Origin: a virus | Lineage: Duplodnaviria; Caudoviricetes | Strand: one strand, 5' to 3' | DNA: 64,000 nt | IMG/VR virus record: IMGVR_UViG_3300027994_000006 | Location: 1-64,000 of that record | In this document: positions 48,409 to 56,758 of the stretch, piece after piece | Numbering within the stretch: position 1 is the first letter of the stretch | How the letters are laid out: every line of letters starts with the position of its first letter | Notes under the pieces: generated by a model | The model's database searches: none | What the model saw: only the letters and a program-made list of their open reading frames with translations | What the model was told of the DNA's origin: nothing | Translations under genes and position numbers: made by a program

Positions 48409-50799
48409 ATGATAACACAATACGGCATATACAAATTCCCAAATGAAATGGTATCAAACGAAAAGAAGAAATCCTTTGAGTTTGGTAGAGATTTCGGCTC
48501 AGCTATTTGGAGTGAGTGGGAAGGAAAATTCTATTCAAGAAATCTTAAACACAACCTTTGGCGTAAGTATGCAATTGGTGAACAGGATATTACCAGAATA
48601 GAGAAAAACATTCAGAGGAAATATATCAAAAAAGAATTTCTGCACTACGATAAAGAAGACCGTATTAAAGATTTAGCTTGGTTGCTACGTGAGTTTAAAA
48701 ACTCGGTGGATATGAAAGAATTCATTCCTGTTGTGAAGGCTACAGATCCGTTTGCAATGGAAATCAAGGACAATCGTAAGAATGAGAAAATGAAGTTGTT
48801 CTATGCAAAAGATTTTTTAGAACAAGCAGCTCAACTTAATGGCGGACAATCGCCTATACCATTAGATACAATTCCGCAATCCAAAGAACAAGTTGACTTG
48901 GAAGAGGAAACAGCAAAACCTTTGAGAGTAGAACGTGGAGAATTGAAAGCATTGGATTTTTTCTGCCTGACGAATCGCTTTGATTTAATTCAGGACGAAG
49001 TTTTTGATGATGCTTTGGAAGTCAACAAATTAATTTCAAAAGTTACCACCGACCCGATTGAAGGAATCAAGATGAAAAGAATCCATCCTGATAATTATGT
49101 AGGCGACGAGAAGAATGCAGACAAATATTTTACTAAAGCTACCTATCACGGAGATGTTGACCATATCACAGTTGGAACTTTTAGAAACATAGCTTCAGAA
49201 TCAGGATTAAAATTTACAGAAGATCAAATCAGAAAAATAGCCGGATGTTCAACTCTGGAAGAACTGAATGACAACATCATTATCAAAGTTATTTTTTACG
49301 AATTCAAAACATATTTCTTAGACGTTACAAAAAAGAAAGTCAACAGAAATACAAAGGCCATTTCTTTAATTGATAGAAGTAATGATATTGGCACTGAAAA
49401 AGAATATAATCCAAAACAATCATCCGATAAATCTGAAAAAATAGAAGAGAATTACGATGTATGGTTTGAAGGAATTATGGTTCTTGATGCAGACAGAACA
49501 ATTATTCGCCATAGATTAATTAAAAATCAGCCAGCATACAAGGGAAAAACACTTTCTTCCTATGTAGTTTGCAAACCAAGAAAGGTTGGAATCGTAGAAG
49601 AATTAATTGCAAGGATTGATTCTATGACCGAACTCCGATTGAGATTGCTACATTTCAGAAATACACTTCGTGGAAATACACTCAATATCTATCAGGATGA
49701 GATTACCGATGTTCATTTGAATGGTAAGGATAAACCGCCTTTGTCTCCGGAAGAAGTATTATCATTTCTATTGACATTAGGATTCAACTTCATCAAGACA
49801 AGGGATAGTGAAGGCGAAGAAATTCCTGGTGGAAAAACAAATTTCTCAGAGACACCAGAAAATATTCCTCGTACATTAATGCAGTTGGGAAATGAATATC
49901 TGCAGGAGGAACAAAAACTTTACAGAGCTTTTGGCGCATATCAATATAACCAAGTAAAGTCAGATCCGAAAACAAATGGAATCAACGAACCTTACAAGCT
50001 AACGGATAATACAGCAATGCGTGATTACACAAATTGTTTATTCGAATGGTCAAGACAAAACCTTCAGGTCATTAGTGCAAGACTGAATGATGCGATTGAG
50101 TTCCCTTATGTAAAACAAATGCTTGAGGATAATTTAGGCGACGAGGACGTAAATGTTATGTCTCAATATATGAAGGACAGAAAGCAACATTACTTTGGTT
50201 TATATCTGGATTATATTCCGTCTCAGCAAGAAAGATTGGATTTTGCATTGGGTGTGAAACAGCACGTTCAACAAGGACAATTGACGGTGGCTGACGAATG
50301 GGATCTGATGATGATTCGAAATCCAAATCAGGCAAGAGCAACATTAGCATTACGATTAGAGGCCAATAGAAAACGAAACGAGCAGTACGAATTAGATAAA
50401 GCACAACAATCGCAAAATGCTAATATCGAAGCATCAAATGTAGCTTACCAAAACAAAGCGAAACTGAGCGAACAGGAACATCAGCAGAAATTGCAGTTGG
50501 AGCAGTATAAATTCAACAACGAATCTTTTTTATTACAAAAAGATGGTGAGATTAAAATCAACACTACCAATATTACAGCCAATGCAAAAGTGACAGGCGA
50601 CCAATTCCGTCAGCAGTTTGAAGCTGATCTCACAAGATTCAAGAAGGAACAGGACGCTAAAAATAGACAGGATGCGATTAATCTGTCGTACGATAAACAA
50701 GAAAAACTTTACAAATTAAAGCAAGGTGAGATTGATTCTATCGATCAAGAATCGCCTACACAACCAATAGACCTATCAACTTTACAAAACACAATATAA
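48409..50799 (+). CDS. Portal protein
   Basis: 796 aa directly after terL; FP...VS.EKK.S.EFG N-terminus and long Gln-rich helical C-terminal barrel typical of podovirus portals. Confidence 0.75.
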   Translation: MITQYGIYKFPNEMVSNEKKKSFEFGRDFGSAIWSEWEGKFYSRNLKHNLWRKYAIGEQDITRIEKNIQRKYIKKEFLHYDKEDRIKDLAWLLREFKNSVDMKEFIPVVKATDPFAMEIKDNRKNEKMKLFYAKDFLEQAAQLNGGQSPIPLDTIPQSKEQVDLEEETAKPLRVERGELKALDFFCLTNRFDLIQDEVFDDALEVNKLISKVTTDPIEGIKMKRIHPDNYVGDEKNADKYFTKATYHGDVDHITVGTFRNIASESGLKFTEDQIRKIAGCSTLEELNDNIIIKVIFYEFKTYFLDVTKKKVNRNTKAISLIDRSNDIGTEKEYNPKQSSDKSEKIEENYDVWFEGIMVLDADRTIIRHRLIKNQPAYKGKTLSSYVVCKPRKVGIVEELIARIDSMTELRLRLLHFRNTLRGNTLNIYQDEITDVHLNGKDKPPLSPEEVLSFLLTLGFNFIKTRDSEGEEIPGGKTNFSETPENIPRTLMQLGNEYLQEEQKLYRAFGAYQYNQVKSDPKTNGINEPYKLTDNTAMRDYTNCLFEWSRQNLQVISARLNDAIEFPYVKQMLEDNLGDEDVNVMSQYMKDRKQHYFGLYLDYIPSQQERLDFALGVKQHVQQGQLTVADEWDLMMIRNPNQARATLALRLEANRKRNEQYELDKAQQSQNANIEASNVAYQNKAKLSEQEHQQKLQLEQYKFNNESFLLQKDGEIKINTTNITANAKVTGDQFRQQFEADLTRFKKEQDAKNRQDAINLSYDKQEKLYKLKQGEIDSIDQESPTQPIDLSTLQNTI

Positions 50800-50921
50800 T
50801 GAGCAATTTTTTAAACATTAAGGCATTGGCCAATAGAACACAAAAAGGGATTCAGAACCAACTGAAACCCATCATCGTAAAGAAAACAAAATCCGGATGC
50901 AAAACCTGCGGAAATAAGTAG
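50799..50921 (+). CDS. Small basic CxxC protein, 40 aa, missing from the ORF track
   Basis: MSNFLNIKALANRTQKGIQNQLKPIIVKKTKSGCKTCGNK*; TAATG overlap with the portal stop. Confidence 0.55.
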   Translation: MSNFLNIKALANRTQKGIQNQLKPIIVKKTKSGCKTCGNK

Positions 50922-51033
50922 TAACTTTAATAAAAACAAAGCAATATTAAAGTAAACAAAATCGTAATTGGCGACACCGTTATCGGAGATATTTTCGCAA
51001 TATAATACAAACAACTTCAACGGAAATTATTTA

Positions 51034-51058
51034 AAGGACAGCTTATTTAGTTGTCCTT
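51034..51058. terminator. Bidirectional terminator between convergent operons
   Basis: AAGGACAGCT-TATTT-AGTTGTCCTT with flanking A/T tracts. Confidence 0.7.
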
Positions 51059-51081
51059 ATTTTATATTTTAGCTATTACTT

Positions 51082-51396
51082 TTAAGTCCAATGTGGCAAT
51101 GAGATTAATTTGATTTCCGGAACTGAGATTTCTGGATATAGTTCAGTGAATTTATCAATGATTTCCTGCTTGTTATAATTCAAACTGATCTCGCTTGATT
51201 CTTCGCTGCCTAATTCCTTAATGAAACCAAAGTATGTATATTCCCCGTTCATACCATCAGTTAAAAACCTCAATTCATCTTCTTTTCTTGAGTAACTATC
51301 ATATTTGTCATAATAATCACTTTCCCAAAAATCAGTTGTGAATTCACTATCTAATTTAAATCCGTAGATTAAATAATTCGTTACTTGTGTTGACAT
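51082..51396 (-). CDS. Hypothetical phage protein
   Basis: ORF track. Confidence 0.6.
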   Translation of the reverse strand: MSTQVTNYLIYGFKLDSEFTTDFWESDYYDKYDSYSRKEDELRFLTDGMNGEYTYFGFIKELGSEESSEISLNYNKQEIIDKFTELYPEISVPEIKLISLPHWT

Positions 51397-51408
51397 GATA
51401 TTTTGATT

Positions 51409-51537
51409 TTAATTTTTACTTATTACTTTGGTCTTCGCCTCTTCCAAGGACTTTAATTTGATCTCAAAGGCATTATCTCCGTAGACTAAGTTGTCGGTTG
51501 TGGTCCAGTTGGCTTTTATTTGGTCTATTGCGCTCAT
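51409..51537 (-). CDS. Small hypothetical protein, 42 aa, missing from the ORF track
   Basis: MSAIDQIKANWTTTDNLVYGDNAFEIKLKSLEEAKTKVISKN*; abuts the upstream stop. Confidence 0.45.
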   Translation of the reverse strand: MSAIDQIKANWTTTDNLVYGDNAFEIKLKSLEEAKTKVISKN

Positions 51538-51765
51538 TTATTCAGCAATTTTTAAATCTATTTTCTCCAATTCTTTTTCAGAATAGAATTTTCGCTTCTT
51601 GTAATTATTGAATTTTGCAACGATTCTATCTCTTTGGGTTCTGCTTAAATTAGATTCCTTTCGCTGGATTCTGATATAGTCTCCGATAATATTTCCCGAT
51701 TCTACTTTGTCACGATGCTCCAGAAGTTCTTTAGGCATCATTGATTTTATTAAGTGTTCTATCAT
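51538..51765 (-). CDS. Hypothetical phage protein
   Basis: ORF track. Confidence 0.55.
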   Translation of the reverse strand: MIEHLIKSMMPKELLEHRDKVESGNIIGDYIRIQRKESNLSRTQRDRIVAKFNNYKKRKFYSEKELEKIDLKIAE

Positions 51766-51848
51766 CGTCTTTTATTTTTAGGTTTAATAAATTTAGGTTT
51801 GTTATTCTTTCTTCCGTTGGGTAGAGTGATGTATTTCTTCATAGGGAA

Positions 51849-52772
51849 TTATGAAAAGCAGAGGCAAGGAAATAAATCCAAAGTCTCTTGTTTAAGATAA
51901 ATTTTAGCTGACTTCCAAAATATATTTGATGGGATATGCTCGTTCGCTGGAATGCCTGCTCTCTTCATTTTGTGAAATTTAATCTCCAAATCTTTAAGGA
52001 ATTCTTTACCGAAGCTATATCCAATTCTCTGTTCTGAAAGTTTAGCTCTTTCAAACACTTCGTAATCGTGGACATAGACACAATACCAATGTTGCTTTCC
52101 TGCTTTCAAACACCCTGTACAATTGGCGTGCTTCCATACTGTATAAGTATTTGGTGGTTCAATTCCTATTTCTTTTGTAGAAACGATGGTTCGTTCAAAA
52201 CAATCCCGATTTTCATAATTTTCAACTTTTGCAATTGCTTTTGGGTTTTTGTTTCCTGCTTTTTGAAGATAATTCAAAAGACTTTCAAATCTACCATCAC
52301 CCCACAACGCAATTGGATAATCCGAAGCAACACCGCTATCGTTGAGAATTGTCTTTCTTCTATCAACACGCTCCAATTCTTCTGCATCAAAGCCGTAATA
52401 GACACATATAAATTCCTTTTCGAGCGTTTCTAAGTATTCGTAGAAAGGTTCTGTTTTTAATCGGCTTGTGCAAAGTATCTGGCGTCCGTAAGGATTAACG
52501 AAAGTTCCTGCTTCTTCACAAACTTCAAACTGATTTGGAATCAACTTTTCATCTTTAATACCTTTAATATTTGCATAAGTAATACTTAACCCTAAATACT
52601 CAGCAACTTCAATTTTGAATCTTTTAATATCCACGTTTTCATATCGGGGATTAATATTATGATTCAACAATACTACATTTTCATTACCATATCTTCTAAC
52701 TGTTTCAATAGCGACAATTGCTGACGAGTGACCGCCAGAATAACAGATGATATGTTTAATTTGAGATTTCAT
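51849..52772 (-). CDS. PAPS-reductase-like PP-loop (adenine nucleotide alpha hydrolase) protein with Cys cluster
   Basis: ICYSGGHSSA PP-loop; CTSRLKTEP, HANCTGCLKAG and C-terminal CLC. Confidence 0.75.
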   Translation of the reverse strand: MKSQIKHIICYSGGHSSAIVAIETVRRYGNENVVLLNHNINPRYENVDIKRFKIEVAEYLGLSITYANIKGIKDEKLIPNQFEVCEEAGTFVNPYGRQILCTSRLKTEPFYEYLETLEKEFICVYYGFDAEELERVDRRKTILNDSGVASDYPIALWGDGRFESLLNYLQKAGNKNPKAIAKVENYENRDCFERTIVSTKEIGIEPPNTYTVWKHANCTGCLKAGKQHWYCVYVHDYEVFERAKLSEQRIGYSFGKEFLKDLEIKFHKMKRAGIPANEHIPSNIFWKSAKIYLKQETLDLFPCLCFS

Positions 52773-52792
52773 AGTATTTATTTTTTAAGCAA

Positions 52793-53425
52793 TTAAATTG
52801 TTTGAGGAATATTCCGGGATGATTTTCTCGGTTTCATTTCCCAATTGTAGTCCAAGTTATAATTGTGAGAATTGCCTTCTAAATCGTATTTGTCTTTGCT
52901 GAAAGATAATTTTGCAAACGTCCGCATTCCTTCAAAAGCATAGTCCTCATTTACTTTGTGAATATTGAATTGATTCAGCCTTAGAATAGATTTATTCGGA
53001 AACATCACTTCATTTTCAAGCAATGCCTGCTCTTCCATTTCCTTCAAAGAAAGACTATCATCCAAAGTCAAATCAAAATCCGTTGAATTAAAAATAGTTG
53101 GATTATTGTCGCTCCAGATATAATTAATATCATCTGTTAAAAATCCATCTGAATGATAACCTGGTCTATTGAATTGCTGTTGCTTATTCTGATACTGTCT
53201 TTTAACTGTAAGATAAATATAGGATTCTATAAACTCCGGAACGCCAAAGTTGTTTTTAAAATCGCTCATACAATGAACAATAAAAGGGTAGAAGACTCCT
53301 AATCTTGTCTCAACATCAAAGATTTTTTGACCCTTTAATTTGATTGGAAGATATTGGTAGAACATCATTTCCTTACAATCTATTTCTAATCTTCTAACAA
53401 CTTTTGGTAATTCTCCGTAGTTCAT
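52793..53425 (-). CDS. Putative 2OG-Fe(II) dioxygenase
   Basis: RPGYHSDG (HxD), distal NIH and RTF fit the HxD...H...R pattern. Confidence 0.55.
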   Translation of the reverse strand: MNYGELPKVVRRLEIDCKEMMFYQYLPIKLKGQKIFDVETRLGVFYPFIVHCMSDFKNNFGVPEFIESYIYLTVKRQYQNKQQQFNRPGYHSDGFLTDDINYIWSDNNPTIFNSTDFDLTLDDSLSLKEMEEQALLENEVMFPNKSILRLNQFNIHKVNEDYAFEGMRTFAKLSFSKDKYDLEGNSHNYNLDYNWEMKPRKSSRNIPQTI

Positions 53426-53435
53426 AAATTAAATT

Positions 53436-53831
53436 TTAAAATGGCAACGATCCATCATCTTCATCCTCAGCAAAAACATTCTTACTATTAAATGCCTCAT
53501 CCGCACTTGCAGTCGGTACGCTCTTTCCAGATGTTTCAGCTCCATCGCCAACCTTCTCAATTCTCCAGGCCACAATGCTGTTGAAATATTTTACTTCTTT
53601 GGTCGGGCTTTCCCAACGTCTCCCGTTAATATTAAAGTGAACCGTCACTTCGTCGCCTACCTTATAATGATCTAAAAGGTCTATCTTATCCTTTACAAAT
53701 TCAATGTTTGGATATTGTGGATATTGTCCACTTGTCTCAAGTATTAAAGATCGCTTCTCAAATCCGCTGTTGAAAGTTTCTAACGCAAGTATCTCGTGTA
53801 CTTTTCCGGTTATTTTGTTGCTGTCGCTCAT
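53436..53831 (-). CDS. DUF3127 family (SSB-like OB-fold) protein
   Basis: ITGKV...FEKRSLILET..QYPQ..IEF.KDKI...GDEVTVHFNINGRRW; acidic C-terminal tail DDGSLPF. Confidence 0.85.
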   Translation of the reverse strand: MSDSNKITGKVHEILALETFNSGFEKRSLILETSGQYPQYPNIEFVKDKIDLLDHYKVGDEVTVHFNINGRRWESPTKEVKYFNSIVAWRIEKVGDGAETSGKSVPTASADEAFNSKNVFAEDEDDGSLPF

Positions 53832-53866
53832 TTTATTTTTGTTTTATGTAGGCGATTCCTACGTTG

Positions 53867-54601
53867 TTATTTTTTATCTATGATTACTATTTTTCCTCCT
53901 ACCATAGTCCCACTTTGTTTAAAGCTTCCCTTCTCAATATCCAGAACTTTAGCATCTACTTTTTGTAAGAAAATTTTAAAATCGACTTGCTTTTTCTGAT
54001 TGCCATTTACCCAAGATTCAGAAGTGATACAAACCAATCTTCCGCCTTCTCTCAAAACATCGTACATAAATAATAAATGATCAATGTCTTGATTTTTTGT
54101 AAATGGAGGATTAGCAATGATTTTATCATACATTTTATCCTGATGCTGAAGAAAATCTTCTCCCAGAAATTTGAATTTAAGATCAGATCTTTTTAAAATT
54201 ATAGCATTTACATCCATTAACTCATAACAATCTGGAATAGATTTACAAGCTTTGTTTATAGCCTTAATAATAGCACCCTGTCCTGCACTCGGTTCCAATA
54301 TATCGTCTGAACTTTTTAAATCTGCATACATTACCAATTCATCAGCTAGATCATCTGGAGTTCCAAAAAACTGAAACTCTTTTTTAAGATTTCTTTTCTC
54401 CCCGTTAGCAATTTGGCGGAGTAAGTCTTTCGGATCAGTTTGAAATACAAATCCTTGTACCTTTCCACCTTTCCATTTTCCTCCAATTAGCTCAAGTTTA
54501 TTTTTAACTTCCGTATATTCATTTCTACCTAATTGAACATCAGGTAATTTCACGACAGTGTTTTCAACTGTACAACTTTTTAATACATCTTCTGTTGTCA
54601 T
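53867..54601 (-). CDS. SAM-dependent N6-adenine DNA methyltransferase
   Basis: ILEPSAGQGAI (motif I) and IIANPPF (motif IV). Confidence 0.85.
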   Translation of the reverse strand: MTTEDVLKSCTVENTVVKLPDVQLGRNEYTEVKNKLELIGGKWKGGKVQGFVFQTDPKDLLRQIANGEKRNLKKEFQFFGTPDDLADELVMYADLKSSDDILEPSAGQGAIIKAINKACKSIPDCYELMDVNAIILKRSDLKFKFLGEDFLQHQDKMYDKIIANPPFTKNQDIDHLLFMYDVLREGGRLVCITSESWVNGNQKKQVDFKIFLQKVDAKVLDIEKGSFKQSGTMVGGKIVIIDKK

Positions 54602-54648
54602 ATATTTATTTTTAATGTTACTTTATCACTTTTTTAATACCATACTAA

Positions 54649-55434
54649 TCAACGGTAAGCCGCCGTGACCATAGACGGTTTATTTTCATAGATATAATTC
54701 TTATATAAGAAACAATGATTACTTATAGCTTCGGCTTTCTTTAAACCCAAATAATGGGAAAAACTAACTGCGTAAGGATAAATTCTCGCCATTTCATTAA
54801 AAACTTTGATAAGACCTCGTTCTTTTAGGAACTTTTTGTAGGCCGTTATCGTGTTTTTAGATTTTCTTTCTAAAAGTTCACCCATTCTTTTTATAGAAAG
54901 CAACATTTGACTATTGTAATCCATCTTACCGCCCTTCTTTAAATAAAGTTTCAGCCTTTTGAAATCTTGCAATGTGCAATCTCCTTTTGGTTGATTCTTT
55001 TGTTGATTAATGTAATTGTAGCGTTTAATGCGTTCAATAGTTTTTTCCTGTTGTACTATGTTGGAAAGAACCGGGATCGTGTTTAAAAAATATTTTATGT
55101 CAGAATACTCTGATATGTTTCTGGGAACGAAAACAAAATTGGACTCGTCAGGGCGCATTTTAGCGTTTGTGATAAGTCGCATTTCATTAGCATAGAATTC
55201 TATTAGTTTATTTTCTTTAAGGATTCTAACGTGTTTTTGTAAGGCTGTGAGGCTGATATTATATTTATCAGCAATCGCCTTTATCATCTTGGTCTTTTCT
55301 CCTGAACGGAAATAATAATTTTTGCCCGTATGAGATTTAAAAAGGAAAACAAACATAGCAAGAGAGGGAAGCCACTTTTCTCTGTGTGCCTTTGCATATA
55401 CCTTCCCGTTAATCCTTACTATGATATTTTCCAA
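54649..55434 (-). CDS. Basic winged-helix protein (two HTH-like segments), function unknown
   Basis: IADKYNISLTALQKHVRILKENKLI and MGELLERKSKNTITAYKKFLKERGLI. Confidence 0.55.
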   Translation of the reverse strand: MENIIVRINGKVYAKAHREKWLPSLAMFVFLFKSHTGKNYYFRSGEKTKMIKAIADKYNISLTALQKHVRILKENKLIEFYANEMRLITNAKMRPDESNFVFVPRNISEYSDIKYFLNTIPVLSNIVQQEKTIERIKRYNYINQQKNQPKGDCTLQDFKRLKLYLKKGGKMDYNSQMLLSIKRMGELLERKSKNTITAYKKFLKERGLIKVFNEMARIYPYAVSFSHYLGLKKAEAISNHCFLYKNYIYENKPSMVTAAYR

Positions 55435-55472
55435 GAAATAGCCTTTACCCTTAATTATCTAATAGATCATTT

Positions 55473-55573
55473 GTGAAGATGAATATTTTGAAGAACCGGG
55501 GCAAAGGCAATATATATTTTTGTGCTTTGCAGATATTAAAAATGAGTTCTTCAAAATATTTCTTCATCTTCAC
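55473..55573 (-). promoter_or_regulatory. Long-hairpin 5' leader (candidate cis-regulatory RNA)
   Basis: GTGAAGATG-AATATTTTGAAGAAC pairs with GTTCTTCAAAATATT-(TCTT)-CATCTTCAC; inner GCAAAG/CTTTGC stem; TATCTTTG box on minus at 55578-55585. Confidence 0.55.
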
Positions 55574-55688
55574 GATTCAAAGATAAACATAATTGTTTAA
55601 TATCCGTGCATATTTCGAAAAATTGTTTTAACTTTGTTGAAAAGTATTTCAAGAGAGATACTATTTAGATAAATCAAACAAAAAAGAT

Positions 55689-55970
55689 ATGACACGACCA
55701 AGAATTCCTACAGCATTACAAGACGATGTAAAAATTTTCTGCAAAAAGAAAAAAGAAGAACGGTACACGCTGCAATACATTGGAAACATTATTGGAAAAG
55801 ACCATTCTACTGTAATAAGCCATATTAGAAAGTATGATGACTACTACGAAAAGTACAAAGATTTCCGTGAAAAAGCTGATGCATTCTCAGAAGATAAATT
55901 TCTGGAAGATTTTCAGGAATATAAAGTTTCCTTGGCCAACAAAATCTTAAATCAAATCCATTATCTATGA
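55689..55970 (+). CDS. DnaA C-terminal-like HTH protein
   Basis: YTLQYIGNIIGKDHSTVISHIRK resembles the DnaA domain IV signature; promoter box TAACTTTG at 55629-55636. Confidence 0.7.
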   Translation: MTRPRIPTALQDDVKIFCKKKKEERYTLQYIGNIIGKDHSTVISHIRKYDDYYEKYKDFREKADAFSEDKFLEDFQEYKVSLANKILNQIHYL

Positions 55971-56176
55971 AAAAGATAATCACCTTATTTATCCTTATGG
56001 TAGTATTTGCGCTGTTGCAAATGGTGTTTCTCACATCATTGTATTATTTAGGCGAGAAAGATGTCTTTAATTTTGAGACAATTGTCTATCCGCTTTTAGG
56101 ACTATGTATTTTTCTAACAGCCCTGATTTATGTGTTTGAACCGCTGTTATTTTTTTTTGTCAAATATTTAAAGTAG
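55967..56176 (+). CDS. Two-TM membrane protein
   Basis: Two hydrophobic segments. Confidence 0.6.
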   Translation: MKKIITLFILMVVFALLQMVFLTSLYYLGEKDVFNFETIVYPLLGLCIFLTALIYVFEPLLFFFVKYLK

Positions 56177-56179
56177 GGG

Positions 56180-56497
56180 ATGATAGCAATTCCAGTAGAT
56201 CAGCCGTCGCCTACACAATACAGAACTTTAATGTATAACTATGGTTTGCTTACAGTTTTATACATCTTAGAACACTTTGAAGCAATCGAAGACTACGAGG
56301 AATGCGAAATGATAATCCAGGCGATAAGGTCAGAAGAGAAAAGATTGGAGACAACGCTATTCACAAAAGCATCAAAGTAGGCAATAGAAAAAGTTTTGGA
56401 AACTTACCGGAGCTTTGGATTAACCGGAAAATATGCCGTAGCCAATTCTAATGATTACGCAGAAATGTTTATTAAAAAATTAAGAAATACATTATGA
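56180..56497 (+). pseudogene. 106-codon ORF interrupted by one in-frame TAG (56378-56380)
   Basis: The frame continues after TAG as AIEKVLETYRSFGLTGKYAVANSNDYAEMFIKKLRNTL* and ends in an ATGA overlap with the next start at 56494. Confidence 0.65.
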
Positions 56498-56709
56498 AAA
56501 AAAATAAAGTAAAAATTACAAATCTTGATATAGGAGAAATTAAAGAAACTATTACCTATAAAAAATTATTCTTTCAGTTTAATGATAGTGAACCAGAAGA
56601 ATTTTTGAACGGTCTATTTGAAAAATTTCAAATTACCCTAAAAAAAGATGGAGATGAATTTCAAATTGAATCTAAAGATGGAAATAAATTCAAATTATTT
56701 TTAAAATAA
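56494..56709 (+). CDS. Hypothetical phage protein
   Basis: ORF track. Confidence 0.55.
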   Translation: MKKNKVKITNLDIGEIKETITYKKLFFQFNDSEPEEFLNGLFEKFQITLKKDGDEFQIESKDGNKFKLFLK

Positions 56710-56725
56710 TTATATCTTAAAACCC

Positions 56726-56733
56726 TATATTTG
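56726..56733 (+). promoter_or_regulatory. Bacteroidota -7 promoter box of aspS
   Basis: TATATTTG 25 nt upstream of the aspS ATG. Confidence 0.6.
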
Positions 56734-56758
56734 CAACCGCAATTTCTAAACAACCAAA

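Noticed and set aside
50811-51020. 69-aa minus-strand ORF after the portal
   Set aside because: The plus-strand 40-aa ORF (50799-50921) is coupled to the portal stop and precedes the terminator, which explains the region better.
54649-55573. Plasmid-type replicon (phage-plasmid)
   Set aside because: No ParA/ParB, no iterons and no recognisable Rep motifs; the integrase and attP indicate an integrating lifestyle.
56695-56730. XerCD dif-like site at the left aspS junction
   Set aside because: No match to a XerD arm (TTATGTTAAAT-like); the region is just AT-rich.
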